Positions 49,535-57,092 of a stretch of DNA of 64,000 bases are shown here, one piece after another. The notes beneath the pieces were generated by a model that saw only the letters and a list, made by a program, of their open reading frames with translations, was not told the origin of the DNA and did not search any database. Source of the stretch: Dehalococcoidia bacterium (GTDB lineage: Bacteria; Chloroflexota; Dehalococcoidia; Lucifugimonadales; QGNO01); the NCBI GenBank assembly GCA_034422935.1, contig DAOUJH010000010.1, positions 193,055-257,054 of the forward strand. Reading direction: 5' to 3'. Every line of letters begins with the position of its first letter. Position 1 is the first letter of the stretch. The position numbers and the translations under genes were made by a program.

Positions 49535-49768
49535 TCAGCCGCCTTCCCACAACCGTAGCTCCTCTTCCGGCAGCGGCTCAAAGAAGCGGTCGTCGATCTT
49601 TATCAGGCCTGCCATGGAACCAGGCTTCCGCTTGCCGTGCTTTTTGATGTCCACCAGCCGCGCCACGGGCTTCCCGTTGCGGGCGATGGTGACCTCCTCA
49701 CCTGCCTCGACCTGCTTCAGCAGGCGCGACAGGTGGGTCTTCGCTTCGCGGACGTTCACGGTAACCAT
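49535..49768 (-). CDS. Phd/YefM-type type II antitoxin (apparently solitary)
   Basis: MVTVNVREAKTHLSRLLKQVEAGEEVTIARNGKPVARLV..., the typical prevent-host-death antitoxin N-terminus. Confidence 0.8.
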   Translation of the reverse strand: MVTVNVREAKTHLSRLLKQVEAGEEVTIARNGKPVARLVDIKKHGKRKPGSMAGLIKIDDRFFEPLPEEELRLWEGG

Positions 49769-49953
49769 TGCCCGGCTCCTCTGGGTCAGCTTAGCTATTT
49801 ATATGACCCATGCTGCGCGTCTGTCAATCGGAATAAATACGGATACCCGCGAGCCGTGCCCAGCATTGACCCAACGTTCAGCCTATGTGAACATTGGGGT
49901 GGCATGAAATCTGCAAGGCCGCATTCGATGGATCAAACAGGGAGGATCGAAGA

Positions 49954-52221
49954 ATGGCGACTACCGACTATGAACCCAACATTGTCCTAGAGACCGGAAG
50001 CTATAACGTAGTGGGCACCAGGCCGGTCCGTCACGATGCAATGAACAAGGTAACGGGTCGTGACCAGTTCGGCGCGGACATTCAGTTCGCCGGTCTCCTC
50101 CACGGTAAGATACTGCGCAGTCCCTTTGCCCACGCCAGGATCAAGTCGATAAGCACTGCCAAAGCGGAGGCGATGCCGGGAGTGAAGGCCGTTGTCACCG
50201 GCGACGACCTGCCCCAAACCGATGACGTGGCGCTTAAATACCGCAGGGCCAACATACTGGCCGGGGACAAAGTCCTCTACGCCGGACAGGCGGTGGCTGC
50301 TGTGGCCGCAGTCGATTTGCAAATCGCGGAAGAGGCGCTGAACGCCATCGAGATTGAGTACGAGGTCTTGCCTCCTGTGCTGACGGCTCCCGAAGCCATG
50401 AAGAAGGAAGCCCCCCTGCTCCACGACGACCTAAGGACGGAATCCCTCGGTTCGCCGGTAGAAGGTTCGAGCAACATTGCAAGCTATGCCAGGTACGAGC
50501 TTGGGGACGTAGACAAGGGGTTCTCGGAAGCGGATGAAATTGTGGAAGGCGAGTTCCATACCAAGACCGTCCACCAGGGTTACATAGAGCCGCATACCTG
50601 CACGGTGTTGTGGAATGAAGACGGCAGGATCATCATCTGGTGCAGCTCTCAGGGGCCTTTCATGGTCAGGGATTACACGGCGGACAGGCTGGGCGTACCG
50701 GTATCGCAGGTAAAGGTCATCCCATTGGAGATAGGCGGCGGATTCGGAGGGAAGACGGCGATATACCTGGAACCCGTCGCTGCCCTGCTCTCCAAGAAAA
50801 CGGGGCATCCCGTGAAAATGGTCATGTCACGCCATGAGGTGTTCGAAGGCACCGGCCCGACGTCCGGTTGCTACATCTGGGCGAGGATAGGCGCGACTAA
50901 AGAGGGCAGGATCACGGCTGCCCAAGCCTACCTGGCCTTCGAGGCCGGCGCATTTCCCGGGTCTCCGGTAGGCCTCGGCGCGACTACCATATTCTCCCCA
51001 TACAATCTTTCCAACATTCTGATAGACGGATACGACGTTGTGGTGAACAAGCCAAAGGTGGCCTCATACCGGGCGCCGGGCGCGCCCCAGGCCGTCTTTG
51101 CATCGGAGCAGCTTCTTGACGAACTGGCCGTCAAGCTGGGGATGGATCCGCTGGAGCTCAGGCTGAAGAACGCGGCAACAGAGGGATCGCGGCGGGTTAC
51201 GGGCCAGCCGTACCCCAGGATTGGAGTCGTGGAGCTTATAGAGGCCATGAAGCAGCACCCTCACTACAATACGCCGTTGAGCGGGCCCAACCAGGGCAGA
51301 GGCGTGGCCGTGGGGCTGTGGTACAACATCGGGATGGCGTCCAGCTGCTCTATCAAAGTCAACGATGACGGCACGGTCAACCTGATAGAAGGCTCCGCGG
51401 ACATCGGAGGGACACGTGCGTCTGTCGCCATGCAGGCGGCCGAGGTGTTGGGTCTGCGGGCCGAAGATGTCTTGCCGACGGTGGTGGACACGGATTCCAT
51501 TGGCTACACGGCAACGACCGACGGCAGCAGGACCACCTTCGCCACGGGCTGGGCGGCATACGAGGCGGCTCAATCCGTGAAGCGCCAGGTGGAAGAGAGG
51601 GCTGCCGCTGTCTGGGGCGTAGAACCGGATAGCGTGGAGCTGGCCCAGGGCGTGGTCCGCTCCAAAACGGACGAATCGCTCCAAATGACGTTCGCGGAGG
51701 TGGCGGCCCAGATGGCCGACACGGGCGGCCCCATAATGGGCAGCGCCGTGGTGCATCCGCGCGGCATAGGGCCTTCCAGCTCAGGCAATATCGTGGACGT
51801 GCAGGTAGACCCGGAAACGGGGAAGGTGGATGTTCTCAGGTACACGGCGTTCCAAGACGCGGGGAAGGCGATCCATCCCACCTACGTTGAGGGGCAGATG
51901 CAGGGAGGCAGCGTGCAGGGCTTGGGCTGGGCCCTCAATGAAGAGTACCATTACGATGAGAACGGCGTCATGAAGAACGGCAGCTTCCTTGACTATCGCA
52001 TGCCCATCTCGCTGGACGTGCCTATGATCGATACCGTCATAGTAGAGGTGCCTAACCCGGGCCATCCCTTTGGAGTGAGAGGCGTGGGCGAGTCCAATAT
52101 CATCCCTCCCGTACCGGCCATCGCCAACGCCGTCTACCACGCGACGGGTGTCCGCATGGATACCCTCCCCATGAACCCGGGCACGGTCCTGGATCGCATC
52201 AAGAAGTCCAACGGGAGATAG
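49954..52221 (+). CDS. Xanthine dehydrogenase / aldehyde oxidase / CO dehydrogenase family molybdopterin-binding large subunit
   Basis: a/b-hammerhead N-terminal domain (...GRDQFGADIQFAGLLHGKILRSPFAHARI) and a molybdopterin-binding C-terminal domain. GGAGGA RBS upstream of the ATG at 49954. Confidence 0.85.
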   Translation: MATTDYEPNIVLETGSYNVVGTRPVRHDAMNKVTGRDQFGADIQFAGLLHGKILRSPFAHARIKSISTAKAEAMPGVKAVVTGDDLPQTDDVALKYRRANILAGDKVLYAGQAVAAVAAVDLQIAEEALNAIEIEYEVLPPVLTAPEAMKKEAPLLHDDLRTESLGSPVEGSSNIASYARYELGDVDKGFSEADEIVEGEFHTKTVHQGYIEPHTCTVLWNEDGRIIIWCSSQGPFMVRDYTADRLGVPVSQVKVIPLEIGGGFGGKTAIYLEPVAALLSKKTGHPVKMVMSRHEVFEGTGPTSGCYIWARIGATKEGRITAAQAYLAFEAGAFPGSPVGLGATTIFSPYNLSNILIDGYDVVVNKPKVASYRAPGAPQAVFASEQLLDELAVKLGMDPLELRLKNAATEGSRRVTGQPYPRIGVVELIEAMKQHPHYNTPLSGPNQGRGVAVGLWYNIGMASSCSIKVNDDGTVNLIEGSADIGGTRASVAMQAAEVLGLRAEDVLPTVVDTDSIGYTATTDGSRTTFATGWAAYEAAQSVKRQVEERAAAVWGVEPDSVELAQGVVRSKTDESLQMTFAEVAAQMADTGGPIMGSAVVHPRGIGPSSSGNIVDVQVDPETGKVDVLRYTAFQDAGKAIHPTYVEGQMQGGSVQGLGWALNEEYHYDENGVMKNGSFLDYRMPISLDVPMIDTVIVEVPNPGHPFGVRGVGESNIIPPVPAIANAVYHATGVRMDTLPMNPGTVLDRIKKSNGR

Positions 52222-52228
52222 CCCGCCC

Positions 52229-52501
52229 ATGGCCACGGTCTACATACCGTCCCTGATGCGCGACATCACTTCGCAGGCCAAGGTGCAGGTTCCAGGGACT
52301 ACGGTGCGACAGATAGTAGACAACCTGGAGAAAGCCTATCCTGGGCTAAAGGACAGGCTCTTGGAGAACAACAGGATTAGGCCCAGCATATCCGTGGTGG
52401 TGGACGGAGAGGTCACTCCCATAGGCCTGCTGGAGAAGGTTGCAGAGGACAGCGAGGTGCACTTCGTTCCCGCCATAGCCGGCGGGAACATCGCCCGCTA
52501 G
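52229..52501 (+). CDS. MoaD/ThiS/CysO-family sulfur-carrier protein with a 4-residue extension after the GG motif
   Basis: The beta-grasp carrier pattern resembles CysO (V.IPS..R......V.V.G.TV..IV..LE..YPGL..RL...). The C-terminus is ...HFVPAIAGG-NIAR. Confidence 0.7.
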   Translation: MATVYIPSLMRDITSQAKVQVPGTTVRQIVDNLEKAYPGLKDRLLENNRIRPSISVVVDGEVTPIGLLEKVAEDSEVHFVPAIAGGNIAR

Positions 52502-53763
52502 CTGTTGGACCAGGTAGCCAGCGACCCGCTGGCTATGGCCAGAACGGGCTGTCGTTCTTCCACGCTCAGCACGTAGATCCGGCTTTGCGTCCCCCTGTCT
52601 TCACCGGCCAGAACACCGGCAAACAGCAGGCTCCGGCTGTCGGGCGACCAAACCCGGTGAGACTGAACGTACTGGTCGAAGAAGGCGTACCAGGTCAGCT
52701 GGTCCGACGACGGGATGAAATCGATCAGCTCCCTATCGGCGCCGGAGTCCAAATCGATCACGCGCCATTGCAGATTCTCTTGGGAGTCGTTCAAGGAGAC
52801 GTAGGCTATCTTGGTCCCGTCAGGCGACCAGAAGAAGGCGACTATGGGCCGCTCTACCAGAACCGTCTCCTCCTCCGAAACGGCGTCTATCAACCGGAGG
52901 TCCTCCAGGAACGGATCGTCGGTATCGGACGACTGCCCCACGGCCAGCCGGTCACCCTGGGGCGACCAGAGGAACGCCGCATTCCCAAGGGCGCTGCCCA
53001 TCTCCCTCCTCCGCGAGCCGTCGTCCCTGGCTATGTAGAGGGCCTGCGAATCCAGGAATGCCGCGACGTTAGAACTGGGAGACCAGGAGGCCGCCCTGTA
53101 GCTGCCGGAGGTGGCTCTCAGATCGAGCAGGCGTTCCGGTGCGTCTATGTCGGACCTGAACAGCTCGCCCTCTTGGTGTATGAGCAGGCTGTGGGAATCC
53201 GGCGACCAGCTCATGTACAGGGGCGCTCCTCCGGCGATCCTCACGCCCTCGTCTGTTCCCGATGCGTCGACAAGGAAAAGAGCCAGTTCGCCATCCGCCA
53301 TGGATAGGAAGGCTATGTGCTCGCCGTTGGGCGACCAGAGCGAGTAGTGGGGAGCCTTGGGCCCGATGGCGGGCGGGACTCCGTCGGGGTTCTCGTATAT
53401 CAGCGCCTCGTCAGCGCCTCCGGCGTCGACGGTATAGAGCGCTTTGCCCGGGCCCAACAGTTCTTCCGAGAAGGAGGAGAAGGTCAGTCCGCTCCCGTCG
53501 GGCGACCAGCCGGGCCAGGAGTACATGCCGCCCTGCGAGGTTATCTGCCTTTCATCGCTGCCGTCCGGGTTGATGGTGAAGATCTGGAAGTCGTTGCTCA
53601 CGTAGGCAATCCGGTTGCTGGCGGTCGGCTCCGCCGTGGGTGTGGGAGACGGCTCTTCGGTAGGTGTGGCCGTTGGAGACGGTTCCTGCGCCGGGCCCCG
53701 GCACGCGACAAGAAGGAGAGCCAGTACCAGTAGAAGCAGAGCGCGATTTCTCCAGATGCTCAT
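52498..53763 (-). CDS. TolB-like (PD40/WD40-like beta-propeller) lipoprotein
   Basis: Lipobox LLVAC, a PT-rich linker (EPSPTATPTEEPSPTPTAEPT), and repeated WSPDG/WSPNG propeller motifs. Confidence 0.75.
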   Translation of the reverse strand: MSIWRNRALLLLVLALLLVACRGPAQEPSPTATPTEEPSPTPTAEPTASNRIAYVSNDFQIFTINPDGSDERQITSQGGMYSWPGWSPDGSGLTFSSFSEELLGPGKALYTVDAGGADEALIYENPDGVPPAIGPKAPHYSLWSPNGEHIAFLSMADGELALFLVDASGTDEGVRIAGGAPLYMSWSPDSHSLLIHQEGELFRSDIDAPERLLDLRATSGSYRAASWSPSSNVAAFLDSQALYIARDDGSRRREMGSALGNAAFLWSPQGDRLAVGQSSDTDDPFLEDLRLIDAVSEEETVLVERPIVAFFWSPDGTKIAYVSLNDSQENLQWRVIDLDSGADRELIDFIPSSDQLTWYAFFDQYVQSHRVWSPDSRSLLFAGVLAGEDRGTQSRIYVLSVEERQPVLAIASGSLATWSNS

Positions 53764-53812
53764 GGGTGAAGCTTAATGACTCTTGCACAAGAAGTCACGT
53801 TATTGTGATTTC

Positions 53813-53835
53813 TGCAAGAGACGATGTATCTTGCA
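53813..53835 (+). promoter_or_regulatory. Inverted-repeat motif TGCAAGA-N9-TCTTGCA containing the shared 19-mer AGAGACGATGTATCTTGCA (copy 1)
   Basis: The 19-mer at 53817-53835 is identical to 57030-57048. It lies 28 nt upstream of the ATG at 53864. Confidence 0.5.
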
Positions 53836-53863
53836 AGGGTATGTTCTCAAGAAGGAATGTTCC

Positions 53864-54979
53864 ATGATTCGACTGTGGCTCATAACCGCAGCGGCGGTTG
53901 TAAGCTTAATGGCAGCTACGGCATGTACGGATCCTCAGACCCAAGAGCCGGAGGTGCCGTACACACCCAATGACGTGCCCATAGCAGTTACATGGTATTC
54001 AGGGTACGGACACGGACCTGCTTATCCGTTTCCACCTTCGCCTGGAGTGCTTAAGACAAATTGGAATGACAGCAGGAGGGTCTTTTTCATTGAGCCAGAG
54101 ATCGGCTGGTATTCAACGGGTAATGAAAGCACAATCGCATGGCAACTTGCTGAGATGAAGAAGGCGGGTATTTCGGTGTTAATGATTTCCTGGTGGGGGT
54201 GGGGTGATGGAAACTTGGATGGAGTAGATGACAGAGATTTTGGTGTTGCCCACAACAATGACACCATTGTTCTTTTGGATTACATCAAGAACAACAACCT
54301 AGATTTCAAGTTTGCTGTCTTAGTTGAAGACTTCTGGGGAGTGTTCTCTGAAGTCAGTACCGGTGATCTGACCCACGCGCAGAAACAGATGATAGCTGAC
54401 TATGTCTATAACAACTTTTACCATCCCTCCAAGTACGGGGACTTTGCGTATGAATTCAAGGGAAGACCTCTACTGGTAAGCACCATTGGGGATGGCCACG
54501 ATAGAACGGGCCCACTGTGGCGCGAGTTTAACGATGAGAGGTTCACATTAAAAGAACTCTATTGGAATGAGAAAGATGAAGACACTCAGTGGACTGCACT
54601 CCACTACAAGATGCCGCCGTCGCCACTGCCAGGTCCCGATGGCGTAGCTATGATATGGCCGCGCAAGGACGAATTGTATTTGTGGGTAAGAGGTATCTTG
54701 CCTGAAGAACACCAACCAAGCCGCATTGATCCCATGCTGTCAGAAGGTGCATACGATAAGGCATGGAAGGACATTATCGAACATTCACCTAGAGACGACC
54801 TCAAGCTCGTTTGGATTTGGTCATGGAACTCCTATGAAGACTTGATATCCATAGAGCCAGACAAAGGGCGGGCACCCCAGGCACAAGGCGATCTGCTCGT
54901 AAGAAAGACTGCCCACTACGCCAACCTGTTCCGTAAGGGGCTGCCCTTCCAGCACTTTGACGAGCCTGATGAGCTGTGA
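53864..54979 (+). CDS. GH99-like (glycoside hydrolase family 99-like TIM-barrel) lipoprotein
   Basis: Lipobox MAATAC. The motifs EIGWYS..NESTIAWQLAEMKKAGISVLMISWWGWG and ...VWIWSWNSYEDLISIEPD resemble GH99/WbsX-like domains (P.GYYS...H...A...GID.F..SWWG; SWNEW.EGT.IEP). Confidence 0.6.
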   Translation: MIRLWLITAAAVVSLMAATACTDPQTQEPEVPYTPNDVPIAVTWYSGYGHGPAYPFPPSPGVLKTNWNDSRRVFFIEPEIGWYSTGNESTIAWQLAEMKKAGISVLMISWWGWGDGNLDGVDDRDFGVAHNNDTIVLLDYIKNNNLDFKFAVLVEDFWGVFSEVSTGDLTHAQKQMIADYVYNNFYHPSKYGDFAYEFKGRPLLVSTIGDGHDRTGPLWREFNDERFTLKELYWNEKDEDTQWTALHYKMPPSPLPGPDGVAMIWPRKDELYLWVRGILPEEHQPSRIDPMLSEGAYDKAWKDIIEHSPRDDLKLVWIWSWNSYEDLISIEPDKGRAPQAQGDLLVRKTAHYANLFRKGLPFQHFDEPDEL

Positions 54980-55936
54980 AGCGCTTTATGATTCAACTAA
55001 GGCTATTAATATCGGCAGCCATGGTGCTGATGATGACGGCGTGTACGGCTTCTCAGACCCAAGAGCCGGAGGAGCCGTACACACCCAATGACGTGCCCAT
55101 AGCGACTTTGCTATACGTGGGATTCGGCTTTGAGCAGAGTCCACCCTTCGAGTCTGTTGGAGGCTTGGGGACGACTGGATGGAACATCATCGGCGGCAAT
55201 CCTCCGGTGCTGTGGTCTGGTCTGACGGTTACAGAGCCCGAGATAGGGTGGTACAAGTCGAAGGACATAACCACAATAGATTGGCAACTAAAGCAAATGC
55301 AAAGGGCTGGAATCAATGTCGTCTTCCTCTCTTGGCAGGGTTGGGGAGATGACAACCTGGACGGCGTTATTGAGCCAAGCATCAACGTGCAGTATGACGC
55401 TACGGCCAAGATGGTCCTAGACCACATCAAGACCAACAATCTGGTGGGGTAAACACGGGTTTATTGATGCACGCTTCGAGCTAATCGAAGTTGCTGAATA
55501 CAGCGGCATTGAAGACCAGTTAACCTCCGTGTATGTATATCAGTCCCCTCCATCTGCTGTTCCGGGAAAGAATGGAATCGTGACTATATGGCCCAGGTTT
55601 ACCGACCTAATCATATATGTGTCCCAAGTTAGGGGGGAGAATGATTGGGTTGATCCCTTCGACTCGAACAAGTCACCCCTGAGTGAGATCGATCCACTTG
55701 GCAAAGAGGGTGTGTACGACGACGCTTGGCGTCAAATCATCGAGCATCCCCGGCGTTCCGAAATCAAAATGGTTTGGATATGGTATTGGAACTCATACTG
55801 GGAGGTATCCTACATTGAGCCTGACGCGGGAATCGGCGCCTACGCCGTCGGAGACCTCTACGTCCGCAAGACGGCCCATTACGCCAACCAGTTCCACAAA
55901 GGCCTGCCCTTCCAGCACTTTGACAACATAGAGTGA
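54976..55936 (+). pseudogene. Tandem paralog of the GH99-like lipoprotein gene, disrupted by an internal deletion and frameshift
   Basis: The ORF at 54976..55452 matches the N-terminal about 150 aa of the upstream gene and the ORF at 55529..55936 matches its C-terminal about 135 aa. The middle about 85-100 aa are missing and the two halves are in different frames (junction near 55440-55450). Confidence 0.7.
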
Positions 55937-56024
55937 GCTAAGCCGCTGATCTGTGACAACCCCCTGTTGACAAGCAGGAAGGCATTCCTGGTATAGCACA
56001 CATGTTCGCATAGAGGAGGACTCC

Positions 56025-56429
56025 ATGATTCTACTAGGGCTATTAGTGGCACTGATAGTGGTGGCCTGCGGGGATGGTGCGTTCAAAGACCCATCAACCT
56101 TATGCGAAACGAATTCATCAGCAGAGGAGGAGAAGATGACCAACGAAACGGATGAGGCTGCGCGGGAACGACGCAGGGCAGAGCGGGCACGGATTGAACC
56201 TGTGATCGAGAGGTATGAAGCACTAATCCAACGACAACCCGGGTGGAACGCATATGGCGCGGAGCGGCTGAGAGACGCCCACGGAGAGCGTACCGGACAG
56301 ATGGGCATCGTCATCAGAGTCGAGAAGAAGGTGGACCAGAGCACGCTGCCCCCTGAGGACCGGATACCCGACCGCCTGGAAGACATCCCGGTGCAGATCA
56401 TCGAGGTAGGACCCGAGAGGCTCGACTAA
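56025..56429 (+). CDS. Hypothetical small lipoprotein
   Basis: Lipobox LIVVAC followed by a charged region. I recognise no family. Confidence 0.55.
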   Translation: MILLGLLVALIVVACGDGAFKDPSTLCETNSSAEEEKMTNETDEAARERRRAERARIEPVIERYEALIQRQPGWNAYGAERLRDAHGERTGQMGIVIRVEKKVDQSTLPPEDRIPDRLEDIPVQIIEVGPERLD

Positions 56430-56461
56430 CCAGCTAGCCACTTCAAGAACTGGAGGTAGCG

Positions 56462-56878
56462 ATGGACAAACAATCGCGGCACAGACCACTACTAGGTGGA
56501 ATAAAGATAAAGAGCGGAAGAAGTAGGAGGGCGGCTGCGCCTTATTGATTACGGAACGCTAACCGGGCTGGCAACGCGGAACTCGGACGGCAAGAAAGTG
56601 GTGAACGAGGGCCACAGGGCGAGCAAGGAGAGCCTGGGCCGATGGGAGGAGAAGGCGTACCGGGACCGGCAGGGCCACAGGGTGAGCGGGGACCTCGAGG
56701 ATATCGTGGACGAGATGGAGATCCAGGAGAAGACGGGTCGCCAGGCTCAACTGGAGATACCGGGCCCCAGGGGCTATCCGGGTTCGGGCGGTGGCGGCGA
56801 CCAAAACGCCCCTCCCCCGTCGCGATTAAATCCGCCGTCGGGAGAGACGCCCTCATCCTGATGGGAACCGCTGGTTAA
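56462..56878 (+). pseudogene. Collagen-like (Gly-X-Y)21 repeat ORF interrupted by one in-frame TGA
   Basis: GGAGG (56452-56456), 5 nt, then ATG at 56462. 28 codons follow, then TGA at 56546-56548. The same frame continues open to TAA at 56876-56878 and holds 21 uninterrupted G-X-Y triplets (56600-56788: GERGPQGEQGEPGPMGGEGVPGPAGPQGERGPRGYRGRDGDPGEDGSPGSTGDTGPQGLSGFG). Confidence 0.55.
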
Positions 56879-56900
56879 GAGGACAGGCGTCCGTTCGGAA

Positions 56901-56934
56901 CATAGGGGGGAGCGCTACTGCGCTCCCCCCTATG
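56901..56934 (+). terminator. Perfect 15-bp stem-loop downstream of the collagen-like ORF
   Basis: CATAGGGGGGAGCGC-TACT-GCGCTCCCCCCTATG. No U-tract follows. Confidence 0.5.
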
Positions 56935-57029
56935 TCGTAAGGCATCCGCCTTCTACCCCCACCCCTCAAAGCTCCAGGCCCAGGCTGATATCACGCCTCT
57001 GGTCATTCCGGCAACTCTTGACTACACGC

Positions 57030-57048
57030 AGAGACGATGTATCTTGCA
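57030..57048 (+). promoter_or_regulatory. Shared 19-mer AGAGACGATGTATCTTGCA (copy 2), overlapping a putative promoter
   Basis: Identical to 53817-53835. TTGACT (57018-57023), a 16-nt spacer, then TATCTT (57040-57045). It lies 44 nt upstream of the ATG at 57093. Confidence 0.5.
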
Positions 57049-57092
57049 GCACACACCCAGGATTGAATGGAGAGACCGGAGGGAGGCATCAC

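Noticed and set aside
56546-56548. Genome-wide TGA reassignment (Gly/Trp code) as an explanation for the in-frame TGA
   Set aside because: Many well-defined genes in the window terminate at TGA at the expected length (the S9 peptidase at 12006-12008, the cysteine synthase at 26373-26375, yebC at 39360-39362). TGA is therefore a normal stop here.
56511-56861. Alternative open frame through the collagen-like region (includes the 87-aa ORF at 56598..56861) and the Pro-rich minus-strand ORF at 56542..56856. The former contains a stretch (GTLTGLATRNSDGKKVVNEGH) that briefly reminded me of a trypsin-like protease fragment.
   Set aside because: GGN-rich periodic DNA keeps several frames open. Only the frame starting at 56462 shows the statistically impossible run of 21 G-X-Y triplets. 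The protease resemblance is too short and subjective to report.
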